64,000 nt of DNA, from the NCBI RefSeq assembly GCF_009914755.1, contig NC_060938.1. The stretch is one strand, 5' to 3'. The first letter of the stretch is position 1. Each line of letters opens with the position of its first letter. Shown piece by piece: positions 1 through 12,309 of the stretch. Under the pieces are notes generated by a model. The model saw only the letters and a list, made by a program, of their open reading frames with translations, was not told where the DNA came from and ran no database searches. The position numbers were made by a program, and so were the translations under genes. The DNA comes from the human T2T-CHM13v2.0 reference genome, Homo sapiens.

Positions 1-959
1 TTAAAATTCTTAGCCTGTTTTTCTGTTGGTCATTGTTTTTTTTTGCTTCAGGATTTATAGGGGCTTTCTATATATTAAGGAAATTGGTCTCTTCTCTGTG
101 AATAGGAAATTTTTAAAAAGTATTCTGGGGTTCTGTTCTAAAAGCATACGGATATCTCAACAGTTTGAGGAATCAAAGGTTAGGCAGACATGGAGGGCCA
201 GGCTAATAAGCATGTAACGGGTTTCTACTAGGGGGCAAAAGCACGTTTGGATTCCAGTTCTGGAAAGACCAGTGTGTTCTAGGGAGTTTGCTTACTTAGA
301 CTAGGAAGGAACAAGCTTAAGATCAGGGTAGTTATAATCAAATGAGTGGGTTAAAGAATGTTGGAGTAATGAGAGAAATGGTGAATCAGGGCTAGGTGGG
401 GGTAGTTAAGAATAGAGAAGAGGGAATAGATTCAAGAAAGAGGAACAGATTAGAGAGACATGCCAGCCGTTCTCTTTTTGAGGCTCACTCTTTTCTAGTC
501 AGAAATCTCATGACCAACATGTTTTGTCTGTCCTAGTTTCCCCTAAGGCTATAGCACAGGACAGCCCACTGCTCTACAGCTGGGCAAGATTTGAGTGTAG
601 TAAAGGATGCAGAAATTGCTGAGAGCTTCTCTATCTGTATATGGAGCAGGACCAAGACCCTAGGACCATTCCAGGGGTGTGTGAAACCAGGTAACGTGAT
701 ATTATAAGTAGTATTTACATGGAAAAGAAGGGGCAAATGTCGTACAAGTACAGTGAGTATCAGGGGTACATGGTAAAGGTGGAGCAAGCTGTCTTTTATA
801 CAACTTCTATAATTATGGAACTTTGCTTAAAGAAAAACATTAAATTATACTTACTGGAAAAAAATCAAATTGTGTTAAACAGCATAAAATTAAAAGTAAA
901 AAGTCTTACCCTCCCTTGGGTAACCAATGTAAATAGTTCTATACATTTTTGAACCTTTT

Positions 960-1210
960 TATGGAAAAATGCATACACTTTAAGGATTATTTAGTTCATA
1001 TTATACATGCTGTTCAACAACTGGCTTTTTCTATCTAAATATGTCACAGATATTCTTCTATCAGTATATGAAGATCTATTGCACATTTTAGCAGCTCCTT
1101 AATATTTTATTGTGTGGATATGCCACAGTTTATTTAATCATTTCCATGATGATGGGCATTCAAACTGCCTTCTTATTTATGCTTTTGCAAATAATACTCA
1201 ATGAACTTTA
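960..1210 (-). mobile_element. Old L1M (L1MC/ME-like) fragment
   Basis: ATTTTATTGTGTGGATATGCCACAGTTTATTTAATCATTTCC...GATGGGCATT resembles antisense L1M 3' sequence. Boundaries are approximate. Confidence 0.6.
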
Positions 1211-3164
1211 TTGTAACACCAATTGAGAGTTTCCTCCTTGTCCCATTTGTGTCTGCCTAGAGCAGCAATTCAGAGACTCTCTGTAATCAATCTGTCCACT
1301 TCAGGGACAGCTTTTTCTCTAAGTCCTGAAAAATGAGTGGCGTTTGTGTGTGTATGAGTTTTGAGGCCATGTTTATAGTAGTAGACTTTTAAAACACACC
1401 TTCCTGAACTTTGTTGTTCCTTTTAAGATTGATGCCTGCAATTTTAGGTGACTGCCACATGGTGGCACAGAAGCACCAAATTCCTACAGACAGTGCTTAC
1501 AGTCTTGGTATCCGTGAAGGGTTTGAAAATGTTTCCTTATTGTGTCATTATACTAAATACTTATAAAAACAGATTCAATTTAATTATGAAGTGTCTAAAA
1601 AAATTCTCAAAGATATATGCATGCATTTATCATCTGTATTTCTTTAGATCTTCATGTTATATCATATTTCTGATTAAACAGCTTTCGTTTGTCTCATAAG
1701 AAAAACCAATATACTTCTTACAGAGTTTTTAGCCATACAGGAAAATTTCCCCAAATACTTTCAGCTGTTTTTCTCTTGCTTGCCTTCCTGTCTCTACCTC
1801 TGCTCCGTTTTTCATTGCTTGAAGTTAAGAGATGACAGGGTTTTCTTTTTCCCACTTCCTGGTGCCCATCTCTCCCAGCATCTCCATAGGCAGCCAAGGC
1901 CCCAGCAAGTTAAGCTTCACAAGACCAGCAGCTGTCATTTGGCTGTGCTGCTCAGCTAATGGGAGCAGTGGATCAAACTTCAAAAGCATGAGCTATGAGA
2001 GTTTCACTGGACTGCCCCCACCTCCCTCAGCCTTGATGAGCAGGCTGGTGGCCTTACACGGGCTTTGAAGTCCCATTTGCTTGTCCCCCTTGATTCCCAC
2101 CAGTTTAAGGGTAGTCGCAGAGAGTTTAGTGGGAAGTGGCAACATTACTTCTCTTTGGTGGACTTGGAATACCACTCAAATCCTGGCCTTGAGTTTCTTC
2201 CTTTGGTGGCACAGGGATGGAAGGGTCTTTCAGAAATTTATAGCATACAGGCATTTTGAGGTTGGTATGTGGGAATGGTAGCGTAGGAGGCTCAGTTTGG
2301 ACATATGAAAGTCTTGGACTACATTCCTTTACTCATGTAACTCTAATTTTGTGCATCTAGAAGACAAATAGTGTTAGCTTCCCTTTTCAGTTAAATAGGA
2401 TTCCTGCACTGTTTAAAGCACCTGGGAATGTACTTTTTGCCTGTCTCAGTTTAAGGACTCTTGGGCCATAATACCCAGTAGTTATTGTTTTGAAAATTGT
2501 TAGTGCCCAGATATTTTACTAATTTATTACTTTATTTTTCTCTTTAGGAAATAATGATTGTTTTTAATTAGAATGCCGGGGAAACACTGCATTTATTAAG
2601 CACTTCCTATTTAGGGCAGTATTATACAAAGCATTGAAGAAAAAGTTTACAGACAAGCCTCACACTATGAGGCTCCATGCACAGGCTGAAGGACACTGTG
2701 CATGGATGAGAGACTCACATGAGCTGGGGTGTGGTCACCTACAATCTCTCTCCATGTGTAGATTCATGAGCTTACCCTACTTCTCTATTGCATTATGTGG
2801 AATTTTGGAATCTTGAAATAATTCACCTGATATAAATAATATTAAGTTAAAATTCTAGATCTTTACATTAGCCAGAAAAATGCCTATTCTATATCTATAG
2901 GGTTGTTGTGAAGGTGAAATAAACATGTTTTATGTGAGGATGAGCATGCTTTTATCATTTGGGGGAATCTTCCTTGGAGACCCAAGAACATTTGGTGTGA
3001 GAAGCTTGGGTGTTCTTAGACAAGTTGAGATTCTCCCTGCCCACCCTCCCCTCAGCTGTTCTCTTGATGCTGTCACCTACTTGAGGGATGGCTTTTGTCT
3101 CTTTGGTGTCTCCCCCAACTCCTAGCCTTGCACATGCATGATAGGTATTAAAAATATCTGCTAA

Positions 3165-3294
3165 GGCCGGGCACAGTGGCTCACAGTGGTTGCAGTGAGC
3201 CAAGATTGCACAACTGCACACCAGCCTGAGTGGCTGGGCAAGACTCTGTCTCAGAAACAAAACAAAACAAAACAAAACTAAACAAACAAACAAA
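3165..3294 (+). mobile_element. Internally deleted Alu (5' ~20 nt fused to the 3' end) with (AAAAC)n tail
   Basis: GGCCGGGCACAGTGGCTCAC is joined to GGTTGCAGTGAGCCAAGATTGC...AGACTCTGTCTC. The flanking direct repeat ATCTGCTAA lies at 3156-3164 and 3295-3303. Confidence 0.85.
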
Positions 3295-4980
3295 ATCTGC
3301 TAAATGAATGAATGAACATTTATAAAAGCAGTGTTAGAATCACTGTGGGCAACAGATTCTAACGAATGTTATAAATCATCAAACGATAACTGAGCATGTC
3401 TACAAGTTATTTCCTCTACCATTTACAAATCAAAATGGACTTGTCACAGGGCTTTCTAGGTATTGTTTGGTATATCTGTGACAAGAAAAACATCTCTAGA
3501 GGGAAAAATAGGAATATTTTCTTCTGTTTTCAGGATGCAATTTATCGCCTTTGACAAAAAACACCAGGAATGTCTTCTCAGATAAAATGTTAACTCCGAT
3601 ATTTGAATGTTTTTTAATTTCAGAGGTAAATGTTACTGTTTTAAAATATGAAGACGGTATGACTAGACAGGATGTTAATAACTTGACATTACAAAATTTA
3701 TTAAATTTATTTTTAAAGTGGTTTGGTTCCCCCTCTCAAATGCATGAAACATGTGGGAGTTGGAATAGATCTGCCCCAGGCTGCCAAACAAATTTTTAAT
3801 GGAACTGGAGTCCTTCAGGGATTGTCCTAAATCCACATAATATTCTTAAGTCCTGGTGTTTGCACTGGGACCTGTATATTAGCAGCTGTACGTGTGAATA
3901 ATATACTTATATCAATCTATCACTCTTGTGAATCCACATCTGTAGGGGCTGCTGCACATCAATTATTCCACCTCAGGGGGTAGAGAAATATTTGGGCCAG
4001 CACTGACCTCCTTTTCAATCAGGGCCTCTGGAAGTCAAATGGTCCCTTTAGACAGAACCTCTGTTTGGGAATCCATTTGGCCTAATGTGGCCATGCTGGG
4101 AAGTGAATGTGATTACCTGTGTCAGGTGTGGAGATGGCATCCAGAGAAGCAAATGAAAATTCTGTCACTTGGAGCCACCGTCAACATTCAGGATCTCTCC
4201 CTTCTATCTAATTCTTGCATAACATATTAGCCAGTCTATCAGAAAAGAATGTCAGCTTCAGTAAGATGCATCTACTTTGCACCAAAAAAAAAAAAAAAAA
4301 AGCAACTGTTTGTTTGAAATAAATTGTAAATTGTGTAACTTGTTTGAAGAGCTAAATTCACTTTCAAATTCTTGGAAATGTTTTTATTGTCTGAGGTTTC
4401 AGGAAGAAAGTCTCCTCAGGAAGAAGGAGGATTTTTTTGTCTTCATATCTCAGTGTCTTCTCTTTTTTTTTTTTTTTCAAAAGGAAAACAAAGGTTTTAT
4501 AATGCTTATCTTTTTGATCAAAAACTTGGAACATCTTTCTCAAGAGTACAGAGTTCTTTTATTTTTTAAAGCTTCTGCTTTTATACCTAGAGGTGTGTTA
4601 CAGATTGTCATAACTGATAAATCAATGACAAATGTAGCCACTTCATTTTGTTGGGGAAATAGACAATTGTGGTAGCGGCTGACCATTTATTTAATTATGT
4701 GGTAAGTACCACATGATGAGAGGGCAAAGTTAATTGATGATTTGGGCTATCTCAGCCAGGGTACAGTTTACATGGCAATTACGCTGGGATCATCTAACTG
4801 TAATTGGCAAGTAATTTTGTAAGTGAAGGAACATGACAGCTCATTTACATGGTGTTCACTGAGTAAAATTTGGGGACATTTATCAACTACTTCCAAGTGA
4901 AGAGTGATTGTATCAGTGTCTCCCAAAATGCCACAAGCTGTTTAAAAGTTACATGGGAGGTTTTTTGTACAAATCTCCAT

Positions 4981-5500
4981 GCATTCATTTCCCTGAACAT
5001 TTGCTAGTTATGTGCTGTGTGCCAGGCACTGTCCTAGACACTGAGGATACAAAAATGAGTAAAATAAAGAGTTCTACTCTCAAGGAACTCATCTATGCGA
5101 AGCAGACACATCAATAATTTTAACACAACGTAGTATGTGAAGGTTTGAGCTCTGTACAAGTACTATGGGTGCCAAGGGTGGGGAAACCAGTTAGGTGGAA
5201 GATGGTTAGGGAGAGCTTGCTAGAGAAGGTCACACCTGAGATTAACCTTAAAGGATGCCCAGGGCTTTTCAAGGGGAAGAGCTTGCCAGGCAGAAGTGCC
5301 AGCCAGAGTAGAATCGGAGCAAGACAGCTGGTGTGAGCTGGAAACTTTAAGCAATCCAGGTACATTTCAAGGCAGATATGTAGCCTGTGAAGTTGCATTA
5401 GCTGGCATCTCAGAGGGCCCTGTAGGTCATGCTCAGGGCCTGGATCTTATTCTCTACCCTGGCAAGCCATTGGAGAGTCTTAATGTCAGAGCTGTTTTGT
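4981..5500 (-). mobile_element. L2 fragment
   Basis: CATTCATT...ATGTGCTGTGTGCCAGGCACTGTCCTAGACACTGAGGATACAAAAATGAGTAAA is the typical antisense L2 3' end. Confidence 0.7.
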
Positions 5501-5539
5501 AGGAAGGTCATTTTGTATAATAAAGCCACTTGCATTATT

Positions 5540-5725
5540 GCAGTATGCCAGGCTCCATTCTGCATGTATCAAGGCATTTCATCCTCACAATAAACCCCAT
5601 GAAGTAGGTATTAACATTTCCCGTCATCTATAGATGAAGAAACTGAGTACACAGAGGTTGGCCAAAGCTACACAGTGAGTGATGGAGGAGCCAGGATTTG
5701 AACACAGGCTGTCCTGCTCCAGAGC
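5540..5725 (-). mobile_element. MIR
   Basis: CCTCACAATAAACCCCATGAAGTAGGTATT...AGATGAAGAAACTGAG...AGCCAGGATTTGAAC is the antisense MIR core. Confidence 0.75.
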
Positions 5726-5823
5726 CCTTGCTTGTCAACAGCCCCATTCTACAGCATGTCATAACTCTCTTGACACAGCTGACTGCAATTCCTTGTTTAC
5801 ACAGTGTCCCCTACCCCCACCCC

Positions 5824-5824
<1 letters not shown>

Positions 5825-5865
<41 letters not shown>
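5825..5865. repeat. (AC)20 microsatellite
   Basis: Perfect AC dinucleotide run. Confidence 0.97.
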
Positions 5866-5866
<1 letters not shown>

Positions 5867-8310
5867 CTGTGAGCTCTGTGAGGGCAGGGACCATGTCTAT
5901 CTTGTTTATAGCCATATCCTTCAAGCTTAAGACACTACCTGCACCTTCATAGACATGCAACAAATAAGAAATAAGTCTAGTTTTGAGGAGGGTTGTGATT
6001 CGAGTTGACCTGGCAAGGGATGATGATGAAAGCCTGAATCTAAGGCAGTGTCAGTCAATAAGGAGAGATGAAGAAGGGGAAATAAATGGTCAGGGTTTGT
6101 TGATTGATTGGATGTGTGGGTCTTGTTGGAATATTCTCACAGTGCTTCTGATTTCCAACCCATGCACTGGAGGGATGACTTGGCAAAAGAATGTGAAGCA
6201 GTGGGAAGCTTACACTGCTCTTCACAGAGCTCTTAAATTCCTTACAAGAAATGTTGCAGACTCAGGATGAGACATTAGAAGAGACTTCCCTTGAGGTGGT
6301 TAAAAATAGAAGGGACACATCTGCCTGGGATGGTTGAGAGACAGAGCTGCCCTTGGGTAGATGAGTGGTTAGATAGCCTTTGGGATTCTTCCCCTTTTGA
6401 AAATGCTCTGATTTAAAATAAATCAAAATTCTCCCAAGCTGCCTATGCTTAACTGCCTGGCTTAGAGAAGATAAAACCAAAGTGTTCAAGGGCTGGAAAA
6501 TATTGAGTCCAAATGCCTGGATGATAAATAAGGAAATAGAAGCCACGGTGGGTTAAATGACTCATCCCAGGGCACACACTTGAGGCAAAAGGAATACCCA
6601 ATCATTGGATTATCAGTCTGGGCTTGCTCTTCCCCATGTCTCATACAGCAGCATTTATGTTTTGGGGGGTCCTCTGTGGGAAGGCCTGTGCTGGGTAGAA
6701 GCACACAGCAAAGGAAACCTGGTATCTGCCCTTGAGGAATTCAGAGAACCTCAACAATAAAGAACCCTTATCACCTGAAAATGTCACAAAGTACCATCTA
6801 TTACGTAGACTATTTGGAAAATAGAGAAAATGAATTTTAAAATTTGTAATGATTTTTTTAGCCTCACTCATTGCCTGGCACTGCTTTAACGCTTTATATT
6901 TATTATCTCCAATTCTCCGTGTTTTAATGCTTTACATTCATTATCTCTAATTCTTACAGCTGCCTGCAAGTTAGATAGTATGATTTCCATTTTATATTTC
7001 AGAAAACTAAAGCACCCAGAACTTGTTCCATAAGATCAGACCATGGTAACTCCAAGTTCAACCCTGTACAAATTATATTAACATTTTGTTGTATTTTTTG
7101 CAGTCTTTTTCTAAGTACTAAGACTATTTACTTACATATATGTAATTTTATCATAGATACAATTTGGAATCTTCATTTTTTGTGGCATGTTCTATGTATT
7201 TTCCATATGATTGTTTAGTCTTCATTTTGATGGCTATCTAATGTCTGATCAAGTTTTCAGGAGGTTCTTAAATGCTTACTCATAGAAATCTTCCGATTCT
7301 TGGTATATATGGCATTTTAAAGATATATTTTGAGGACTGGTACCTCTGCCCATCCTCTTTGGATGGCATTGTGGAGAGGAGAAGAGAAACTACACAGAGG
7401 ATCATGGCTTTCTTCTCCCCCAGGAGCCCCTCTGAGAAGGGAGAGTGGTTCTGGGCACAGCTCAGAGTGGAGCCTGGGCAGAGATGGCCTGAGGCAGATA
7501 GCAGGTGACTTTTCAAGGCTTGGCTTTTCTGACTGAACACACATTCTTCCTCCTGCCCTTGTAAAAAGGCAAGTTTTCATTTTCTTAGGGTAGTAAAAAT
7601 CTTTTGTGTGAAGAAAAAGTGTCGTCAAGTGTCTTATTCATCAGCATATATACCATCTCTTTAAAATGACAGTGGGAGTAAAAGTTCATCAGTTCAATAT
7701 GTCTTTCACATTTGGAGACTCCTGACTAATAACCTCTGGTATTTATCATCAGAACAGCCAAAGAACTAAATTCTGGCACATGCTTCTCTCACGCACTGAG
7801 AAAAACTTAAAAAGACAGAAGATTTTCTCCATTTTTTCTTCTATTCACTTAGAAGGAAAAGCATACCTTTTTTAATTAAAAAAAATATGAGCACGCAGAA
7901 ACATCTGGCCTGTATTACCACAGCAGCTTCCTAAATGGCTTCCTTGTCTCCAGTCTGCCCTTTAAAAATCAACACTATATGCAACAGCTAGAAAGATTTC
8001 TAGATCACAGATTTGCACCAGCCACTCTCCCATGTCACTGGCATATTCTTCCATGACTCTTTCATGGTTCTTGGGGTCAAGTCCTGTGTAGCCATAGCTG
8101 CTGTCTCTCCTGCTTGCACCCTGCCCCAGCCACACTGAGCTGCTTGTGGCTCCCTGCTTCATGCTATAATGTAGGATTATCTTCAGGCCCGTGTACAAAT
8201 CAGTTCTTTCTCCACAAGCTCCCTGCTAGGCTCTGCTGAACCTGGATCCCAGCATGGGCTCCCACAAACCCTATCCAGCTATTATACAGAATATAAACTT
8301 CCATCTTGTT

Positions 8311-8481
<171 letters not shown>

Positions 8482-11400
8482 AGCCTTGTTTTTGCTTGGT
8501 CAGCATAATTCCTATATAAAATTTTTTAAAAAAACTTGAATCCCATTGGGCAAGGCATATCACTGTTTAGTTTGCTTAAGGCCCGACCACTCTGTGTTAT
8601 ACACTAAACCCTAATCACACATTTATTCTACGCTGGGTCTTATAAAGCTACTTGTTTTCTTATCTCCTTTACACAATAGAATATAAGCTGTTTGAGGATA
8701 AGGATTGTGTATTGTTAACTTTCATATCTATAGGCTTGACAAAGACTACTCAATAAATATTTATTATATGAATTTATGTCTTATAAAAAAACAAAAATTA
8801 GACCAGAAAAGACTCTCTTTTTGGCTTTTCTGCTTGTTCATGAACATCACAAGACTAATGGAACTCAGTGCACCTGGCAAAACTAACAGTATTTCCATCA
8901 GGTGATCGAAAGTCTGTGTTCGTGATTTGATACTACTAAGATTGAACCACTCTGGACATTTAAGCTTTTGAATGTGCTTATGATCTTTCCCACTTTTTCT
9001 TGTACCAGGATATCTGTTTCCATCAAGGCGTATATTTCCTTGGTTTTATGTCCACATGACTATCCAACTGGGCTATTCAGAAATATGAGTGGAAAGGATT
9101 AGACATATTATTTTATCTGCTTTGCAAATCTGATCATGACCAAAGTACAATCAGTGGGAATTCTCAAAGTTTGGTCCTGCCAATAAGTAGTACATCCAGA
9201 TATATGCAAGCTGGTGATGCTAGAGGTTATAGTAATAGAAATGCCCATTGGTGAATCTTTGATAATCCTGTGCTTGTTTCAGTCATCATGTTTTTCCATT
9301 TCCTTAGTTATCCTTTTCTAGTCATTCATCTACGTGCTGCTTTAAAGATGCTAAAAAAGACCTGGTGTCATCCAGGAACCAGATTACTCATATTTATGGA
9401 ATTTCATATAATCAGTGCCATAGGACCATGGTACGTGCCTATGGCAATATTCTTGCCATAAATTTGTTCTTCAGAGAATGCTCTGCATTTTCAGGGAGTG
9501 CTATGGATATTGCAGAGGGACTGTACACCATAGGGCATTGCTGAATAATGGAAATGTGTTCAAGTATCAAGTTTAAGGAAAGAACAGCAACAAAAAAATA
9601 AAACCCTTTCATCCAAGCTTCCTTCCCTTGGGAAAAGGTGGGGACAAAATGGCGAGAGCTTATTATAGAATCCTTTAGCAGCCAGAAATTTCATTGACAA
9701 TTTTGTTAATGTGTCTGCTCGTCTGCCTTCTCAGAGGCTCATTGTGAATTCCTTAGTTGATATTATTAATGGTTAATGGGTGCACCTGAAAATCAAGCAA
9801 TATTGTACCATTTGGGTAATAGTTATGTTAAATGGTTCTTTTCTACAGCATCGAGCTTATCAGATTATCTTTTTCCTAATAATGAATACCTCATCTTTTC
9901 CAATTTCCTAATCAAATGCTTCCATGTCATCTTGAAGCAGAGCCAGTTCCAGCTGCATCTATTCTATACTCTTGGCTTCAATTATATCAAATTATTCAAC
10001 CTACTTACGGTTCCTTAGATTCCCATTTGCTCTGAGACATAGACATCATGCACCTCTTTGGAAGCTCATGATTGCCAACTATTCAAAACAGGTCTATTGT
10101 AAGTAAACAGTGAATCAAAGAGAGCCCTAGGCTAAATTTACAGTTATGAGAAAATTTCTACAATAAGTTTCTTCCTAAATATTGGTGCTCTTGGGTGATC
10201 TTAAGTGTTCTCTTTACCCTGTCCCTGCTCCCTAAAACACACATGTATCTCATTCTGCATGGCATTGCTTCAGAGTTGAGGATGTCCGTGGCAGTGGCAA
10301 AAAGTAAGTGCAGGCACGTTTTGACTATAAAATAACAAACATTTAATTTTTCATAGGTAATATATAGTTTGGATTGATCAGAAGTATGAGGCTTCCCATA
10401 CATTGCCATATTTTATTTTATTCAACCAGATACCTGTGGCTAAAAGAGGACAGTACAAGAAATAGTGAACAGCCTTGGGGAAACCTGATATTGTCACTTT
10501 CTGTTATATTGGCTGCTGAAACTTTATTGTATCTTATGCCTCTAGTCAGATGAAATGATTCATCATTCTGGACTCATCTTTTAATAATGACTTACAATTA
10601 TAATAACTTATAATTCTTATCTTTATACTTCAAGGCTTGATCTGCATATCTCTATCTCCTTCATTTCTAGGTTCTTTTGATCATTGTTTCAGTATTCTGA
10701 ACTTTAAAAAGATCCATTTTCTCTGCTAAGAAAAGGAGAGTTCAGACTCACCACTGACCACCCAGGATGACTCAGGCTACACTTCATTCTCTAGTAACAT
10801 GTTCAGTTGCCCTTTGGGGCCAGAGGCCGTGCTTTATATTCCCTAAATCTCTATTGCCCAGCACAGTGTATAGAATGGGCACAGTACATAGTTTCTAAGT
10901 GGATGAATGAATGAATACATGATTTCACAATTTATGATTGATTTACTTCTTTAACGCAAAATTATATTTTACCTGGAACTGTATCGTTTCAAACTTCTAT
11001 CAAATATTCTTAATACCAAGTACAGTGCAGTGCAGACCTTCTCAATAAATGTTTAGTGAGAGCAAACATATATATTTTGGAGACTTATCATGGAGATGCC
11101 AGAATTTGGCCACACAGTATTTCAAAATCCATGCTTGCTCCAATTAGTCAAGAAATGAATTTTCACCCCCCAAATTAACCATTGGTTCAATAGATTGGTT
11201 ACTGTGATTACTCTCCAGTAATCACAGAGATGGAAAAATCTTTGGAAAGCCATCTATGTTTCTTGAAATATTTAAATGGAAACCTTCCCCTTCAGAGTGT
11301 TATTGTTCAATGGATATCCACAATTCCTGCAAACATCTATTGAACAACTTGTATGTGACATGAATTGGAGATAAATGTAAAACTGGCAATTTTTCAAATT

Positions 11401-12212
11401 ACTTATAATTTGGTAGCCAAGGATAGAAATAAAGCAGCATATAGTAAGATAAATTTTACAATAGAAGCAGATATAAGGAGCGGAGAGGGGGGAGTAATTA
11501 ATTCCACATAAAGCATTAGGGAAGGCACCCTGAAAGAAATGGCTCTGAGTTAGATTTCAACTATGACAGCAGTTTTTGTCTTTTGGATAACTATCATGAG
11601 TGAAAAATGCCGGATTGTGCTTGATGTATTTGTTTACAAGGCAGTGTCATATTATAGGGAATAAACTTTTAAAAAGCAAAGATCTGAAAGACATTTAACT
11701 CCTCAGTGCAACACCTGAATCTCCAACTGTGTTCTTTGTTGTGTGATATCTGAGAAACAGAGCTGAATCAAACCCTACTATATTAATGGATTTATATATG
11801 TGCACATAAGGCTAATATATTTTATGCTGCCAATTTTTTATGGTTTCATAAATAGTGCTATCACTAACATTTCTAAAAAATGAAGAAAAGAGCTCATATG
11901 TGCTAGCAGAAATTCAGTATATTTTATAGAACACTGCTACTCTTGATATAGCCTACGGGATGTGACTTTTCATAAAAACCTAATGAATTTCTAGATTTGT
12001 CAGCTGTTTCCAAACAGATGCACTCAGCTAATCTAATGGAAACATTTTGAGCCCAGATCCCAAATATCAATAGCTTTTAGTATTGCAAATTAGTTTGTCT
12101 ATTGGGTAAATTGGGCTGTGTGGTTCTTGATAAAAAGTAGCAAGTAATTTTATATGGATGTTTTATGTGTAACTGCCTTGCCAGGGTTTAATGTTCATAT
12201 TTTTCCTTGCAG

Positions 12213-12309
12213 AGTTTTAAGTTGAATGTAGACAGTCATTGTGCTCTCAAGGAAGCTGTGGAGGAGGAAGGACACCAACTTCTTGAGCTTATTGCATCTC
12301 ACAAAGCAG
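12213..12309 (+). CDS. AKAP6: AKAP6 internal coding exon (97 nt, phase 0 to 1; recalled as exon 6): SFKLNVDSHCALKEAVEEEGHQLLELIASHKA(G)
   Basis: Acceptor TTTTTCCTTGCAG| ends at 12212 and donor GCAG|GTAAAT starts at 12310. The frame is open for 32 codons + 1 nt and joins the next exon in frame. It is too short for the ORF track. The exon number is from memory. Confidence 0.93.

Noticed and set aside
3172-3290. Two CACAGTG (RAG heptamer) motifs near ACAAAAC runs
   Set aside because: There is no ACAAAAACC nonamer at 12- or 23-nt spacing. The heptamers arise from Alu CpG decay and the deletion junction.
10340-10362. TTTTTCATAG|GTAATA recursive-site-like motif in the upstream intron
   Set aside because: The pyrimidine tract is short, the donor is weak and it is under 2 kb from the real acceptor, so it is likely chance.
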